Positions 63,732 through 64,000 of a stretch of 64,000 nt of DNA are shown here, piece by piece. Position 1 is the stretch's first letter. Each line of letters starts with the position of its first letter. The DNA lies in the NCBI GenBank assembly GCA_053919585.1, contig CM132796.1, one strand, 5' to 3'. The notes under the pieces were generated by a model. It was not told the DNA's origin. It saw only the letters and a program-made list of their open reading frames with translations, and made no database searches. This DNA is from Euprymna scolopes (taxonomy: Eukaryota). The translations under genes and the position numbers were made by a program.

Positions 63732-64000
63732 AGAGCTATCTTTCAATCCAAATATTATGAATGTGAAATGAGCCATCCTACAGTCCATATATTATGAATG
63801 TTAGTAGAGCTATCTTACCATCCATATATTATGAATGTTAGTAGGGCTATCTTTCCATCAAAATATTATGAATGTTAGTAGAGCTGTCTTACCATACATA
63901 TATTATGAATGTTAATAAAGCTATCTTACAATCCATATATTATGAATGTTAGTAGAGCTATCTTACAATCCATATATTATTAATGTTAATAGAGCTATCT

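Larger units (their letters stand above)
1..64000 (+). repeat. 37-bp tandem satellite array, ~1,730 head-to-tail copies; consensus ATCCATATATTATGAATGTTAGTAGAGCTATCTTAC(C/A); open at both window edges
   Basis: Monomers start at 1, 38, 75 and so on. The period continues to 64,000 with only rare 1-3 bp indels and one +17 bp event. Most monomers differ from consensus by 0-3 substitutions. Most contain an AluI site (AGCT). No unique spacer sequence lies between units. Confidence 0.99.
37355..64000 (+). repeat. Macro-duplication, copy 2 (~26.6 kb, runs off the window end)
   Basis: Same ordered marker series as 7,580-32,709, at offsets of 29,774-32,733 bp. Confidence 0.93.

Noticed and set aside
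1-64000. CRISPR array (37 bp is within the CRISPR repeat size range and the unit is partly palindromic)
   Set aside because: Units are directly head-to-tail with no unique spacers, no leader and no cas genes.
1-64000. Monomer variants acting as an information-storing code or a diversity-generating cassette system
   Set aside because: The variant order is accounted for by nested duplication, deletion and patch copying. No recombinase, reverse transcriptase or expression locus is present in the window.
1-64000. Promoter-like TATA/-10 motifs (TATATT, TATAAA, TATAAT)
   Set aside because: These are expected in an AT-rich repeat, and there is no downstream gene.
1-64000. CpG deamination as the source of the ACG/ACA polymorphism at position 37
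   Set aside because: The reciprocal product (CTTATGATCC) was not noticed, and the main alternative allele is C, which deamination does not explain.
1-64000. Assignment to a named satellite, telomeric repeat or species
   Set aside because: I do not recognise the monomer and it lacks a G-rich telomeric motif. A database search is needed.
7580-64000. Indel sizes quantised to nucleosome units (4 or 5 monomers)
   Set aside because: Observed steps (1, 3, 4, 5, 8, 12, 18, 19, 20, 74 monomers) share no common factor.

Overview
The whole 64-kb window is one AT-rich (~27-30% GC) tandem array of a 37-bp monomer, about 1,730 copies, consensus ATCCATATATTATGAATGTTAGTAGAGCTATCTTAC(C/A). It looks like eukaryotic-type satellite DNA. 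I do not recognise the family or organism. I find no gene, RNA gene, transposon or CRISPR spacer, so I cannot support a novel gene system here. The informative signal is the array's internal history, read from rare monomer variants. (i) A ~25-27 kb block occurs twice (~7,580-32,710 and ~37,355-64,000), and the offset between the copies changes almost only in multiples of 37 bp. (ii) Nested higher-order repeats and local duplications span about 0.5-5.5 kb. (iii) Several short patches appear to be copied from nearby monomers. (iv) A single 25-bp inverted monomer fragment at 5,692-5,716 is the only minus-orientation sequence I saw. All offsets were counted by hand from marker variants. Block boundaries are approximate to within one or a few monomers.
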